A DNA stretch of 64,000 bases, from assembly GCA_963539975.1 (NCBI GenBank), contig CAUTMR010000001.1:37143-101142 (forward strand), given 5' to 3'. The stretch's first letter is position 1; each line of letters opens with the position of its first letter. A model generated the notes under the pieces. That model saw only the letters and a program-made list of their open reading frames with translations, made no database searches and had not been told where the DNA came from. Shown here one piece after another: positions 46,487-56,933 of the stretch. Origin of the DNA: an uncultured Porphyromonas sp. (lineage in GTDB: Bacteria; Bacteroidota; Bacteroidia; Bacteroidales; Porphyromonadaceae). The translations under genes and the position numbers were made by a program.

Positions 46487-47497
46487 CTATTTCTCTAGGA
46501 CAATCTCTAGAAGGGCTTCTATATTGCTTGCCTCTCGTTCGGATTGATTGAGAGAGCCATATATAAATTTTGAAGGGCACACTTTGATGTATTCCCCTCT
46601 TACTTCGTCTTCGGAGGAGGGGCGAGTGGCTATGTTGTAGCGAGAGAGTGCTTTTTGCACCATTGAGGCTCGCTGCCCATCACCGATTAGAGCGATAGAG
46701 GATTTCGTATCCCTTTCGATCGAAAATAATCCCGTTTGGAGATCGAATCGGATACCGCGCCCTGCCAAGAAGTTACTCAGCGTTCCATCTAAGGCAAGAT
46801 CCTCCGGAGTGCCTACTCTTAAGCCTTCTTTTTTGTCAAGCGTCCATATCTTATCTGCAATCCGTAGGGCAAGTTCGAGATCGTGCGTGCTCAAAAATAT
46901 GCTTTTCTTTAGGGTGTGCGCAAGACGAAACAAAAGATACATTACCTCCACTTTGGCAGGGAAGTCGAGAAAAGCGGTGGGCTCGTCTAGGAAAATAATG
47001 GGTGTCTCTTGGGCTAGAGCCTTGGCAATCATTACCTTTTGTCTTTCCCCATCACTGAGCGTCTGTACCATGCGATCTCGCAGGTGGGTTATACCTACCG
47101 CCTCGATGGATTCCTCCACGATCTTTTTATCCCTAGGCATGAGTTTGCCCCAAAATCCGGTATGGGGGCTTCGTCCTAGAGCTACCATCTCAAAGGCAGT
47201 CATATTGCGGAGGTTGCATTTCTCGGTGAGTACTACGGCTATGAGCTGGGCAAGTTGTTTCGGTTTGTAGGAAGAAAAATCTTTGTCAAGTAGGGTAATT
47301 GCGCCCGATCTTTTTGGCAAGAAGCCTGCTAGAGTATAGAGAAGGGTAGACTTGCCTGCACCATTTGCACCAAGTAGGCAGGTCAGCTCCCCACGATAGA
47401 GCGAAGCCGAGAGGTGCGAGGAGACAATATGTTCGCCCCAACGCCCTTCGTAGCCTGTGCTAAGCCCCTCTAGTGTGATACTTGGCTGTTTGTTCAT
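46487..47497 (-). CDS. ABC importer ATP-binding protein (FecE/BtuD-type, iron-complex/heme/cobalamin class)
   Basis: 336 aa. Walker A GANGAGKST, signature LSDGERQK, Walker B IIFLDEPTAFLD. 4-nt overlap with the permease gene. Confidence 0.9.
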   Translation of the reverse strand: MNKQPSITLEGLSTGYEGRWGEHIVSSHLSASLYRGELTCLLGANGAGKSTLLYTLAGFLPKRSGAITLLDKDFSSYKPKQLAQLIAVVLTEKCNLRNMTAFEMVALGRSPHTGFWGKLMPRDKKIVEESIEAVGITHLRDRMVQTLSDGERQKVMIAKALAQETPIIFLDEPTAFLDFPAKVEVMYLLFRLAHTLKKSIFLSTHDLELALRIADKIWTLDKKEGLRVGTPEDLALDGTLSNFLAGRGIRFDLQTGLFSIERDTKSSIALIGDGQRASMVQKALSRYNIATRPSSEDEVRGEYIKVCPSKFIYGSLNQSEREASNIEALLEIVLEK

Positions 47498-48534
47498 TCT
47501 CGTATTTCTCCGCGATGCTTGCTAAAAAGTACAGATATGACTACTGGGGCGCCAATGAGGGCTGTTACCGAATTGATGGGAAGAGCCCCCTCAAACCCGG
47601 GAAGTCGTGCAATGAGATTGCACAGAAGGGCAATGGCACTCCCCAAAAGGATGGATGTAGGTACCAGTATGCGGTGATCGGAGGTTTGGAAAAGGCTACG
47701 ACAGAGATGCGGAACGGCTAATCCGAGGAAGATGATAGGTCCACAGAAGGCCGTTACCAAGGCAACCAGTGCCCCTGAAGTGGTGATGACTAGGAGGCGT
47801 GCTCTCTTGATATTCAAACCCAAACTACGAGCATAGCTCTCGCCCAAGAGCATGAGATTGAGCGGTTTGATGGGTAAAAAGCTAAGTAGAAGGAGTACGA
47901 GAATCAGCACGACAAATAGGGGCACTTGCGACGGGGAGATGCGAGAGAAACTGCCCAACCCCCAGAAGACATAAGCCTTAATATCCTCTTCTACACTAAA
48001 GTATTTGAGTACCCCTATTACGGCATTCACCACATACCCTGTCATTACCCCAATGATGAGGAGCGTTACATTCCCCTTTACCCTCTGTGATACGTAGGCG
48101 ATGAGTATCATAATGGTAAACGAACCTAGTATGGCACCTAGGGTAACAGCGACTTCGCCCAAGATACCTAAAGAACTAAGAGCCACCCCGCCTAAGCTAC
48201 CCGATAGTAGGACGATAAGGGCCACCCCTAGGCTTGCTCCCGAGCTAATACCCAGTACGGAAGGGCCTGCAAGGGGATTGCGAAAGACCGTTTGCATCAG
48301 TAGACCGCTAACAGAGAGTCCGGCTCCGGCAATCATGGCCGTGAGAGACTGGGGAATGCGAGACTTCGTTACTATGTTGAACCAAATAGGTTCGGATGCG
48401 TCGCCCTCTAGGCAGATCTTTATAATCGAATTTAGGGGAATGGAGACCGAGCCTAGAGCGAGATTGAGCAGAAACAGCAGCACAATACCCCCTACAAGAA
48501 GGATGATTTTGGAGGATAAGGCAAGCTGTTTCAT
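47494..48534 (-). CDS. FecCD/BtuC-family ABC permease
   Basis: 346 aa polytopic membrane protein with a typical FecCD sequence (GAGLSVSGLLMQTVFRNPLAGPSVLGISSGA). Confidence 0.9.
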   Translation of the reverse strand: MKQLALSSKIILLVGGIVLLFLLNLALGSVSIPLNSIIKICLEGDASEPIWFNIVTKSRIPQSLTAMIAGAGLSVSGLLMQTVFRNPLAGPSVLGISSGASLGVALIVLLSGSLGGVALSSLGILGEVAVTLGAILGSFTIMILIAYVSQRVKGNVTLLIIGVMTGYVVNAVIGVLKYFSVEEDIKAYVFWGLGSFSRISPSQVPLFVVLILVLLLLSFLPIKPLNLMLLGESYARSLGLNIKRARLLVITTSGALVALVTAFCGPIIFLGLAVPHLCRSLFQTSDHRILVPTSILLGSAIALLCNLIARLPGFEGALPINSVTALIGAPVVISVLFSKHRGEIRE

Positions 48535-48560
48535 AAAGGGGGAAACGTGCTAGTTTGCTT

Positions 48561-49730
48561 TTAATGCTCGAGTCGGTGGTAATAAGTAGGGGTGTACTCC
48601 GGGAGCAACTCGGGGTGGAATACCTTTATGAAGTCCTTGAGTACTAGGTCGGGATGGATAATGGCCGACTCATAATAGGGGGTAGTGGATAGGTTGCAAT
48701 GGATAACCCCCTTTTCCTTAAACGCCTTAAAGTCTTTGTACCGCTCGTCTTGAGCTTGTAGAGCCTTGTAGGTAAATTCTCCATCAAAGCTACTTAGGAT
48801 GCGCCAGTAATCTACCTCGGCGGCTTTGCTATAGATGGTCTCGAAGTCTAGGGTAACGCCTCCGGTATTGGGGTCATCTTTGAGGAAGTAATCAGCGCCT
48901 GCATCTCGGAATAGTTGTGCAAGAAAGCTCTTACCACCTACAGCGTACCAAGTGCCGCTCTTGAGATCGCCACTAAAGACCGTTGGGCGAGGTGTTGCCT
49001 TCTCGGCTATCTCTTTCCACTTGTTGTATTCGTCTCTTAGCTCGGCAAATACCTTATTAGCCTCCCCCTCTTTACCCAGCAGTAGCCCAATGAACTTAAT
49101 CCATTCCGCTTGGCCAAGGGGGCTATTCTCTTTATATCCCAGATGGGGAATTAGGGGGATATCTACGTCTTTGAGGTCGTCGTAACCTCCTCGTTTGAAG
49201 GGCGAAATCAAGATAATATCAGGCTCTATCGCCATTACTACCTCTCTATCGAAATTCCCTTCGATGCCTATTTTGTTGATTTTCCCGCTCTTTATTAGAT
49301 CCTTAACCTCTTGATTAAATAGATGTCGGGTGCTACTCATCCCCACCACCTTGTCTAGTTGATAGAGAGCGATGAAGTTGGATAGCTGTAGGGTAGTCAT
49401 ACAAACAACCCGATCAAGCGGGATCGAAACCTGCGTGTATTCGCTAGGGATGGCACTTTTGTCGCACTGCGCTGCATCCTGGATAAAGGCAAAGTGATAT
49501 TGAGTAGCCTCTTCGGGGTTTTGGGGATCCGATAGGGTAGCGAGTATTGCTCCAGGGATGTATTGTAGACGAAAACCCTCAGCATACTCTACCTCGATCC
49601 GCTTGGCAGCGTCTCCGGTGTACTGCAAAGAGTCTTCTTTTGTTTGGTCGGATTGTTTCCCATTGGAGCAGGCCGAAACAGCTCCCCAGAGGAGGAGCGT
49701 GAAGAAGGAATAGAAGAGGATTTTTTTCAT
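48561..49730 (-). CDS. ABC transporter periplasmic substrate-binding lipoprotein (BtuF/FhuD-like class)
   Basis: 389 aa. Lipobox GAVSAC. It is the first gene of the importer operon. Confidence 0.75.
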   Translation of the reverse strand: MKKILFYSFFTLLLWGAVSACSNGKQSDQTKEDSLQYTGDAAKRIEVEYAEGFRLQYIPGAILATLSDPQNPEEATQYHFAFIQDAAQCDKSAIPSEYTQVSIPLDRVVCMTTLQLSNFIALYQLDKVVGMSSTRHLFNQEVKDLIKSGKINKIGIEGNFDREVVMAIEPDIILISPFKRGGYDDLKDVDIPLIPHLGYKENSPLGQAEWIKFIGLLLGKEGEANKVFAELRDEYNKWKEIAEKATPRPTVFSGDLKSGTWYAVGGKSFLAQLFRDAGADYFLKDDPNTGGVTLDFETIYSKAAEVDYWRILSSFDGEFTYKALQAQDERYKDFKAFKEKGVIHCNLSTTPYYESAIIHPDLVLKDFIKVFHPELLPEYTPTYYHRLEH

Positions 49731-49768
49731 ACGAGGTTAGCTAGCAAGTGGGCTATAATCTGTAAAGC

Positions 49769-49817
49769 ACCACCGAAGAGCCCCTCTTTGTAGTCGATAA
49801 AGGGCTCGTCCGGTGGT
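49769..49817 (-). terminator. long imperfect hairpin between the flavodiiron gene and the ABC importer operon
   Basis: ACCACCG..GAGCCC (49769-83) pairs with GGGCTC..CGGTGGT (49802-17). The U-tract is poor on the minus strand; TTTTAT is present on the plus strand. Confidence 0.35.
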
Positions 49818-49835
49818 TTTATAGGGGAGAAGGGA

Positions 49836-51053
49836 TTAAGCCTCCGGGTATAGCTCGTGTAGACGTGCAGCTACTTCTTTACCCAGTTCAAAGGCTTTGT
49901 TTAGATCGTCTTCGTTGGGAGCTCCCATTTGCTCTAGAGGAGTGCCAACAAGTTCCCACCCCATCTCTTCTGCAAAGGGAGTAAGCTTGCGCACAGCCTG
50001 TCCAGCCCATGAGCAAGAACCGAATATAGCGCAAATGTGATTCTTTACTTCCCTCAGTCGGATCATATTGAGCATATTTTGGATAGGCATGTAGATCTCG
50101 TTGCTATAGGTGGGGCAGCCTACGATAAGGGCACGATAGCGGAATAGGTCGCGAAGAATGTAGGAGGGGTTCGTGCGCGATACGTCGTGGCAAACTACCT
50201 CTTTAATACCGGCTTCTCCAAGTCCGCGTGCTATGGTATCTGCCATTACCGTAGTATTGCCATACATACTTCCGTAGAGTACCACGGCTCCCTTTTCGGT
50301 ATCGTATTTGCTCAGTTGGTCGTAGATGGCAAGGGCACGAGGGAAGCCTTCTTTTGTCCATACGGGTCCGTGGGTGGAGCAAATTGCATTGAGGGTGAGG
50401 CTCATCCCAAGTACTTTGGTAAGCGCTTTTTGCACGAAAGGACCATATTTCCCTACGATGCAGGCATAGTAGCGATACATCTCTGTGTAGTACATCTCCA
50501 GCGAGAGCTTGTGGTCGAGCACGTGCGAATCGAGGGTGCCAAATGTACCAAAAGCATCTGCCGAGAAGAGTACTCCTTCGGTAGCATCATAGGTAAACAT
50601 TACCTCCGGCCAGTGTACCATGGGGGCCATAATGAAGGAGAGGTTGTGGTTGCCAGTAGACAACGTGTCTCCGTCATTTACGGTGATGAGTTCTGCTTTC
50701 AGGTCCGGATAATAGGCCTGAAGCATGTTAAAGGTCTTTTTGTTGCCGACTAGTTGGATGTTGGGGTAGTGGCGTTGTAGCATCCCGATAGAGCCGCTAT
50801 GGTCGGGCTCCATGTGGTTGATTACGAGATAATCAATAGGACGATCCCCAATGATTCTCTCTATCTGGCGGAAGAATTGCTCGGAGTAACAGATATCTAC
50901 CGTATCTATAAGGGTGATCTTTTCATCCACAATAAGATACGAGTTGTAGCTTACCCCATGGGGGAGGGGCCACATGCTTTCGAAGAGATCTTTGGTGCGA
51001 TCGTTTACACCTACATAGTAAATGGAAGGGGTAATGTTTATCTGCGGAATCAT
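49836..51053 (-). CDS. FprA-family A-type flavoprotein (flavodiiron O2/NO reductase)
   Basis: 405 aa. MBL-like diiron domain with HMEPDHSG, followed by a C-terminal flavodoxin domain. Confidence 0.85.
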   Translation of the reverse strand: MIPQINITPSIYYVGVNDRTKDLFESMWPLPHGVSYNSYLIVDEKITLIDTVDICYSEQFFRQIERIIGDRPIDYLVINHMEPDHSGSIGMLQRHYPNIQLVGNKKTFNMLQAYYPDLKAELITVNDGDTLSTGNHNLSFIMAPMVHWPEVMFTYDATEGVLFSADAFGTFGTLDSHVLDHKLSLEMYYTEMYRYYACIVGKYGPFVQKALTKVLGMSLTLNAICSTHGPVWTKEGFPRALAIYDQLSKYDTEKGAVVLYGSMYGNTTVMADTIARGLGEAGIKEVVCHDVSRTNPSYILRDLFRYRALIVGCPTYSNEIYMPIQNMLNMIRLREVKNHICAIFGSCSWAGQAVRKLTPFAEEMGWELVGTPLEQMGAPNEDDLNKAFELGKEVAARLHELYPEA

Positions 51054-51075
51054 AGGATATGTATTAAAAGTGGAT

Positions 51076-51942
51076 TTAGTTTTCTTTTTTCTCGGGGAGA
51101 GGAGTAACCTCTAGTGCCGGGCGACGCAGTGCGTAGATGATAAGAGCAAGCCCTGCAATTATAAATGGGATACTTAGGATTTGTCCTTGGTTTAGCCCAA
51201 TGGTATCTACCCATTTTAGCTCCCAAGCCTCTTGTACAAACTTCAATTTCTCTATGAAGATTCGAGCGGTAAATGTGCCAAAAAGGAACCATCCCAAAAT
51301 CAATCCCGGGCGGCGGCGAGCAGCATCTCGACCCCAATAAAGCCAACAACACACCCCAAATACGATGAGGTAGGCTAGGGCTTCGTAGATGGCCGTTGGG
51401 TGGCATCCCATATCTGTGTTGAGGGCGAGATATTCCTGAGAGCGTATAAAGCGGAATGCCCAGGGGAGGTCTGTGGTCACGCCAAATATCTCACTATTCA
51501 TGAGGTTGCCAATACGGATCATGGCCGCAACAAGCCCCACGGGTACGGCAAGTCTGTCTAGTGTCCATGTAATAGGCTTATGGGTAACCCTACGCGAGAA
51601 GATCCACACGGCAATGATAATCCCGATGGTTCCTCCGTGGCTGGCAAGTCCTCCTTCCCAAACTTTGAATATCTCTATGGGGTTGGCTAGGTAATGAGCC
51701 GGGTCGTAGAATAGGCAATGCCCAAGTCTTGCTCCCACAAGGGTGCTGATGACAATGTACCACCAAAGTTTTTCGAACCAACTATCAGGGAGTTGCTCAC
51801 GCTTCCAGATAAGTCGCTCAATGTAGGGCCCTATTAGGATGAGCCCAAGGCTGAAAAGCAGGCTATACCAGCGCACTTCTTTCCCAAAGAGGGTGAATAG
51901 AGTAGGGTCAACGTCCCACGTTATAGCATTAAGGGTAAACAT
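51076..51942 (-). CDS. lgt: prolipoprotein diacylglyceryl transferase
   Basis: 288 aa with typical Lgt membrane topology and motifs ([21 protein letters not shown]). Confidence 0.9.
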   Translation of the reverse strand: MFTLNAITWDVDPTLFTLFGKEVRWYSLLFSLGLILIGPYIERLIWKREQLPDSWFEKLWWYIVISTLVGARLGHCLFYDPAHYLANPIEIFKVWEGGLASHGGTIGIIIAVWIFSRRVTHKPITWTLDRLAVPVGLVAAMIRIGNLMNSEIFGVTTDLPWAFRFIRSQEYLALNTDMGCHPTAIYEALAYLIVFGVCCWLYWGRDAARRRPGLILGWFLFGTFTARIFIEKLKFVQEAWELKWVDTIGLNQGQILSIPFIIAGLALIIYALRRPALEVTPLPEKKEN

Positions 51943-51948
51943 AATTCT

Positions 51949-52851
51949 TTAGCAGAGTTTGGTAATCCATTTTTCACGATCCCCCGGTAGAAGGTCTATT
52001 GGAGCAATCTCCGGCATGGTATAGGCACCGGGAGCCATTCTGAGGGCAGCTCGGGCAGCACAAACCATCACCTGAGCCGTGAGAGCCGGATTGTTGATTC
52101 TCATCTCGAAGTTGAGGTGTTGATTGTGGGTCGCTCCCGATACACCTTTGCGCTCCATAGATACACCATGTCCCATATCAATGAGCTGATCCACATCGTC
52201 TACCACGACTACATGCGTTTTGTCATGGGCAAAGTAATCATCTTGTTTGATGCGCTGTGCTACCTCGCTTTCGTTGTACCCTGGGGTTAATTCGATATAA
52301 ACCATACGGCGATGAAGCCCTGTGCCGATAGGGATTGTAATGGAGAGAGCTCTCTCTACCCCCTCAATAGCTTTTACAGCTACGGTGTGTCCCATACTCA
52401 TTCCGGGGCCAAAATTGGTATACGTAATGCCTCGAGGTACTATTGCTTCCATCAGGGTACGCACCATGGAGTCACTCCCGGGGTCCCATCCTGCTGATAG
52501 AACGGCCACTGTCTTATGGGCTATCGCTGCCGCGTGCAGAGAGCGGCGAAGGGGCACGATACCGCTGTGAATGTCAAATGTATCCACCGTAGCAATCCCT
52601 CGAGAGAGGATATCTAGGGCATACTCTTCTACGGCACGAGTTGGGGTACATAGTAGAGCCACGTCCACCTTGCCAAGTGCATCAATGGATGTTACTACGG
52701 GAATACCTTGGAGGGCAGAGGGTTGTTTCTCTGTCAAGGAACGACGTACAACCCCAGCCAGTTCGAAGTCCGGAGAAGCCTTAATGGCATCAAGGGCATA
52801 ACGTCCTATATTGCCATAGCCCACAACAGCTACGCGATATTTCTGATTCAT
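51949..52851 (-). CDS. ddh: meso-diaminopimelate D-dehydrogenase
   Basis: 300 aa. [11 protein letters not shown] Rossmann motif, GWDPG and GPGMSMGH motifs, as in characterised Ddh enzymes. Confidence 0.85.
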   Translation of the reverse strand: MNQKYRVAVVGYGNIGRYALDAIKASPDFELAGVVRRSLTEKQPSALQGIPVVTSIDALGKVDVALLCTPTRAVEEYALDILSRGIATVDTFDIHSGIVPLRRSLHAAAIAHKTVAVLSAGWDPGSDSMVRTLMEAIVPRGITYTNFGPGMSMGHTVAVKAIEGVERALSITIPIGTGLHRRMVYIELTPGYNESEVAQRIKQDDYFAHDKTHVVVVDDVDQLIDMGHGVSMERKGVSGATHNQHLNFEMRINNPALTAQVMVCAARAALRMAPGAYTMPEIAPIDLLPGDREKWITKLC

Positions 52852-52855
52852 ACTC

Positions 52856-54394
52856 CTATATTTCTATACTAGCTTTGTCGTGTTTCTGTTTATAGGCTTG
52901 GAAGAAGTGACGATGGAAAGCCTCCTCAACCTGCTGCTTTACGAGCTCCATAGTGGTGGGCTTGCCCATTTCTTGAGCTATAGATGTTACGCCCTTATTG
53001 GTGAAACCACAAGGATTTATCCACGAAAAATAGGATAGATCGGTAAATACATTAAGGGCGAATCCATGTAATGTAATGTAGCGAGAAGAGTGAACGCCAA
53101 TAGCACAAATTTTGCGAGCTTGTGGGGTATTGGGTTCTATCCAAACTCCCGTTGCTCCTTCCAAACGTTCCCCATGGATGCCGTTCACTCTTAGTACATC
53201 AATAATACATTGTTCTAGGGTATATATGTATTGTTTGATGCCCATCCCAAATTGCTCTAGGTCGAAGATGGGATAACCTGTTATCTGCCCCGGCCCATGA
53301 TAGGTAATGTCTCCGCCTCGGTCAATATGGTGGAGGGAAATCCCCTTTGCATGCAAAGCCTCTTCGGGAAGGAGGAGATTGCTTTCTTTCCCATGCTTCC
53401 CGAGCGTAAAAACCGGCTCATGCTCACAAAAAAGAAGAGTGTTTTTGGGTACTTCTCCGTGATGCTTTTGCTCTATGGCTGTTTGGAATAATTCCTTTTG
53501 TAGAGCATAAGCCTCTGCGTAGGGGATACTGCGGCAGTCTCTGAATTCGTAGGGGAGATGGGGAGCAAGAGAGGCTCTAAAGTTTGTTTTATTGCAGACC
53601 TCTAAATGGTCGTTTATGCGCTCAAGTCTGAGACCATCGTAGCTGGCAAAGACCCCTTCTGGGAGCATCTTGGCTAAGTCTACAGCACGAGGTGCATGAT
53701 GAGAAAGGTGTATTATGAAAGTGTTCCTAGCCTTGACTTCTTTGCTAAGAGCTATTGCCTCTTCGATGGTTTGATGGGTTGGATGAGGCTTGGTAAAGCG
53801 TAATCCATTGACCAAAAGAGTGTCTACACCACGGAGTTTCTCTACCTCTTCGTTGGGAATTGTCTTCAGATCGGTAATGAAGGCAAAGTCCCCAATCCTA
53901 AAACCTGTAATGGGGAGCCGACCATGAAACACGCGTATGGGTTCGAAGGTAAGCCCTTCTACCTCAAAAGGAGCTAGTGAGATCTCCCTAAGTTTAAGTC
54001 TTGGAGTGCCAAGGTAAGGTGTCTTCCCAAAATAGTAATGTAGGCGGTATCGAATTGCCTCTAGGACACGATTTTCTGCGTAGATAGGTAGATCTCGTGC
54101 CCACGCAATGGTACGTAGGTCATCCAGTCCGGCAATGTGGTCGTAGTGTTCATGGCTTAATACAATAGAGTCTAGCTCATCTATTTCTGCAAGGATGGCT
54201 TGTTGCCTAAAATCGGGGCTGCAATCTAAGAGGATCTTTTTCCCTTCGTTTGTTTCTAAAAGGACAGAGGTACGGGTTCGCTTGTCGGCAGGGTCAGTAC
54301 TCAGGCAGGTACTACAATAGCAGCCCACCTCGGGTACTCCGGTACTGGTGCCGGATCCTAAAATCCGTACAGATCTAATCTCTTTTTTTTGCAT
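52856..54394 (-). CDS. lipB: fusion protein: N-terminal PhnP-like MBL-fold hydrolase plus C-terminal lipoyl(octanoyl) transferase LipB
   Basis: Single 512-aa ORF. Residues about 8-255 carry GCYCSTC and SHEHYDH (HxHxDH). Residues about 283-500 carry [26 protein letters not shown] and NPCGF (LipB catalytic Lys/Cys contexts). Confidence 0.85.
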   Translation of the reverse strand: MQKKEIRSVRILGSGTSTGVPEVGCYCSTCLSTDPADKRTRTSVLLETNEGKKILLDCSPDFRQQAILAEIDELDSIVLSHEHYDHIAGLDDLRTIAWARDLPIYAENRVLEAIRYRLHYYFGKTPYLGTPRLKLREISLAPFEVEGLTFEPIRVFHGRLPITGFRIGDFAFITDLKTIPNEEVEKLRGVDTLLVNGLRFTKPHPTHQTIEEAIALSKEVKARNTFIIHLSHHAPRAVDLAKMLPEGVFASYDGLRLERINDHLEVCNKTNFRASLAPHLPYEFRDCRSIPYAEAYALQKELFQTAIEQKHHGEVPKNTLLFCEHEPVFTLGKHGKESNLLLPEEALHAKGISLHHIDRGGDITYHGPGQITGYPIFDLEQFGMGIKQYIYTLEQCIIDVLRVNGIHGERLEGATGVWIEPNTPQARKICAIGVHSSRYITLHGFALNVFTDLSYFSWINPCGFTNKGVTSIAQEMGKPTTMELVKQQVEEAFHRHFFQAYKQKHDKASIEI

Positions 54395-54410
54395 CTCCGT
54401 GCTATCTAGG

Positions 54411-55445
54411 TTAGCTACGAGTAGGAGCTCCGATATAACGAACCTCCGGGTGAAGGGTTACACCAAAGGTTGCTTCTACTTTTTCGACCAATAGGGATGC
54501 AAATTGAGCAACATCTGTACCCTTTGCACCTCCCCGATTGACCAATATAAGTGGTTGCCGCTCGTAGGTACCAACATTTCCTACACGATACCCTTTGAGT
54601 CCGGCATTGTCTAATAACCATGCTGCCGATAGTTTTACCCCTTGCGATGCCGGATAGTGAGGCATATCGGGATACTTCTCCTGTAACTCTTGGTAAACCT
54701 CTGAGGAGACAATAGGGTTCATGAAAAAGCTTCCTGCGTTGGGAAGTACTTTAGGATCTGGGAGTTTTGCTTGGCGAATCTCGATAACGGCTCTTCGCAC
54801 ATCTTGGGGAGTTATATTTCCACTTGGGAGATAGTCGTGTAGAGCCTTATAGGAGAGATTTACATTCGCTTTACGCGAGAGGGCGAAGACTACATGTGTA
54901 ATGATGTAACGCTCGGCCTCTTTTTCTTTGAAGTAACTATAGCGGTAGTCGTAGAGGCACTCCTTGGGGGAGAAAACTCGTTTAGACCGCGTTTTGAGGT
55001 CGAATGTCTCTACCTGGTATATTAATTGGGCTACTTCGCTACCATAAGCTCCTATATTTTGTACGGCAGCAGCACCCACAGAACCCGGTATCCAAGAGAG
55101 GTTTTCGGCTCCGTAGTAGCCTTGCTCTAGAGACCAGGCTACAAATTCATCCCAAACAATGCCGGAACCAATACGTAGTAAAACAGTGTCTTGCCCCTCG
55201 TCTTTGGGGGTAGGAAGTACCTCTCTGTCCTTGATCTCGGAGTAGAGTATAGCCCCATGATAGTCGTTGAGGAATAGCAAATTACTTCCCTCACCGATAG
55301 CTAGGTAGGGAAGACTTGTAAAGTATTCGTCGCGGGCTAGACGATTTAGATCGTCGAGAGAATGATACGAAACCCACCAGTCCGCAGTGGCTTCGATACC
55401 GAAGGTGTTATGCGAGACTAGTGGGAATTTCTCTTTTATTTCCAT
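54411..55445 (-). CDS. murB: UDP-N-acetylenolpyruvoylglucosamine reductase
   Basis: 344 aa. FAD-binding PCMH domain plus the MurB C-terminal domain (GSNLLF, AAWLLD..GLKG). Confidence 0.9.
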   Translation of the reverse strand: MEIKEKFPLVSHNTFGIEATADWWVSYHSLDDLNRLARDEYFTSLPYLAIGEGSNLLFLNDYHGAILYSEIKDREVLPTPKDEGQDTVLLRIGSGIVWDEFVAWSLEQGYYGAENLSWIPGSVGAAAVQNIGAYGSEVAQLIYQVETFDLKTRSKRVFSPKECLYDYRYSYFKEKEAERYIITHVVFALSRKANVNLSYKALHDYLPSGNITPQDVRRAVIEIRQAKLPDPKVLPNAGSFFMNPIVSSEVYQELQEKYPDMPHYPASQGVKLSAAWLLDNAGLKGYRVGNVGTYERQPLILVNRGGAKGTDVAQFASLLVEKVEATFGVTLHPEVRYIGAPTRS

Positions 55446-55448
55446 CGA

Positions 55449-55940
55449 TTAGCGAGCTTCTCTTTCAAGCAGCCAAGCGTCTTGGAACTGAGGAGCAAAA
55501 CGTTCTTTGATTTGTTCGCGACTAGAAACAGCTTCTTCGCGGCTCATAAAGCTAGCCACGATTACGCGGATCATTCCGTGTTCGTTTTCTGCAAGAATGG
55601 GCTTAAAACCTGCTTCTTCCATGCGTTCCTTTAGAGAAAGAGCATTGGTGCGGTTTTGGAAGCTTCCGATAACTACGCTATAACGATTGAGACGATTAGC
55701 ATCTTCTCCTTCGGAGGGAGTGAGACGCTCGCGACGCATTTGTACAGAACTCTGAGCAGGCTTCGACACGATGATGTCGTTTTCGTCCGCCTCTGGAGCA
55801 TGGTTCGAAGATTGATTTTGAGCAATCTCACGTTGCTTTGCTTTCTCGTATACCTGGCGATAGGTGCTTTGTTTGGGCTTGCAGGCTCCGAGAGAAACCA
55901 CGAGAGCTAGTGCAGAAAGTGCAATAATTGATTTCTTCAT
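55449..55940 (-). CDS. SPOR-domain lipoprotein
   Basis: 163 aa. Lipobox SLGAC. C-terminal SPOR-like repeat YSVVIGSFQNRTNA...RVIVASFMSREEA. Confidence 0.75.
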   Translation of the reverse strand: MKKSIIALSALALVVSLGACKPKQSTYRQVYEKAKQREIAQNQSSNHAPEADENDIIVSKPAQSSVQMRRERLTPSEGEDANRLNRYSVVIGSFQNRTNALSLKERMEEAGFKPILAENEHGMIRVIVASFMSREEAVSSREQIKERFAPQFQDAWLLEREAR

Positions 55941-56085
55941 CTGTCTATCAATATTTAGAGTTTCTAATACTTATGTGCACCACCTTAGGGAGTCCTTTGT
56001 ACGGGAGTCGCTCTCCCGATTTTCTCCATAGGTTGAGACTGAACCAAAGAGTCGAAGGAATCTCCATCGATTCTACGCAGTATCG

Positions 56086-56093
56086 CAAAGGTA
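56086..56093 (-). promoter_or_regulatory. candidate internal -7 box TACCTTTG between truA and the SPOR gene
   Basis: TAnnTTTG match on the minus strand, 146 nt upstream of the SPOR gene start. Confidence 0.35.
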
Positions 56094-56129
56094 GTGAGTT
56101 TTTTGTTTTGAGCTACTTTTACCCCCTTG

Positions 56130-56927
56130 TTAGAGAGAAGAAGAGCTATCTGTCTGGGGTATATTACTATCTAAGTAAATCTCTTTTGGGTACTCTACAT
56201 GAGCCAGAAAAAGGGCTTCTCCACGAACGGAGGCTCCTGCTCTATTACGATCTTGAGCATGAATAATCTCTATAATATCTTCCGGAGCAAGGGTTGAAGC
56301 CCCTACCTCTAAGAGAGTGCCCACAATGGCACGTACCATATTGCGTAAAAAGCGATTGGCAGTTATACTAAATTGCCAAGTAGAAGGGTAGGGCGAGGGG
56401 GACCAAAAAGCCTCCTGTATCGTACATATATTAGTATGCGTATCGGTATGCAGACGACTAAAGCTGGTAAAGTCGTGCGTACCAAGGAGGTATTGAGCTG
56501 CTTGATTCATCTTCTCAATATCGGGAAAAGGGCGCACTGGTAGCACCCATTGCCGATTGAAGGGATCGCGTTCTTCTGCTATAAAGTAGAGATAGCGGCG
56601 AGATGTTGCATCGAAGCGTGCGTGGGCAGAAGGCTGCACCGGTGTAATGCTTCGGATATTTATGCTATGAGGTAAGATGCCATTGAGACTTTTGCGCCAG
56701 CGATAAGGCGAGCCTTTTGCCATCTCGGGTATATCCACATGAGCCGGCAAGGAGTAAGCATTCACCCCCGCGTCGGTACGGCCTGCCCCTACAACAGAGA
56801 TAGGGGTGCGGAAGAGAAGGGATAAAGCCTCCTCTATCACTTGCTGCACAGCAAGCCCATTGGGTTGGCGTTGCCAACCACAGTAGCTACTTCCATCGAA
56901 GGCTATGTCTAAGAAATAGCGAGGCAT
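56130..56927 (-). CDS. truA: tRNA pseudouridine(38-40) synthase
   Basis: 265 aa. N-terminal YFLDIAFDGSSYCGWQRQ and catalytic Asp in GAGRTDAGV. Confidence 0.9.
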   Translation of the reverse strand: MPRYFLDIAFDGSSYCGWQRQPNGLAVQQVIEEALSLLFRTPISVVGAGRTDAGVNAYSLPAHVDIPEMAKGSPYRWRKSLNGILPHSINIRSITPVQPSAHARFDATSRRYLYFIAEERDPFNRQWVLPVRPFPDIEKMNQAAQYLLGTHDFTSFSRLHTDTHTNICTIQEAFWSPSPYPSTWQFSITANRFLRNMVRAIVGTLLEVGASTLAPEDIIEIIHAQDRNRAGASVRGEALFLAHVEYPKEIYLDSNIPQTDSSSSL

Positions 56928-56933
56928 AGAGAG

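Noticed and set aside
49731-49835. Looked for a cobalamin or other riboswitch upstream of the BtuF/FecCD-type ABC importer operon.
   Set aside because: The spacer is only about 105 bp and is largely occupied by one long hairpin that looks like the terminator of the upstream gene. It is too short for a B12 element, and no conserved B12-box was seen.
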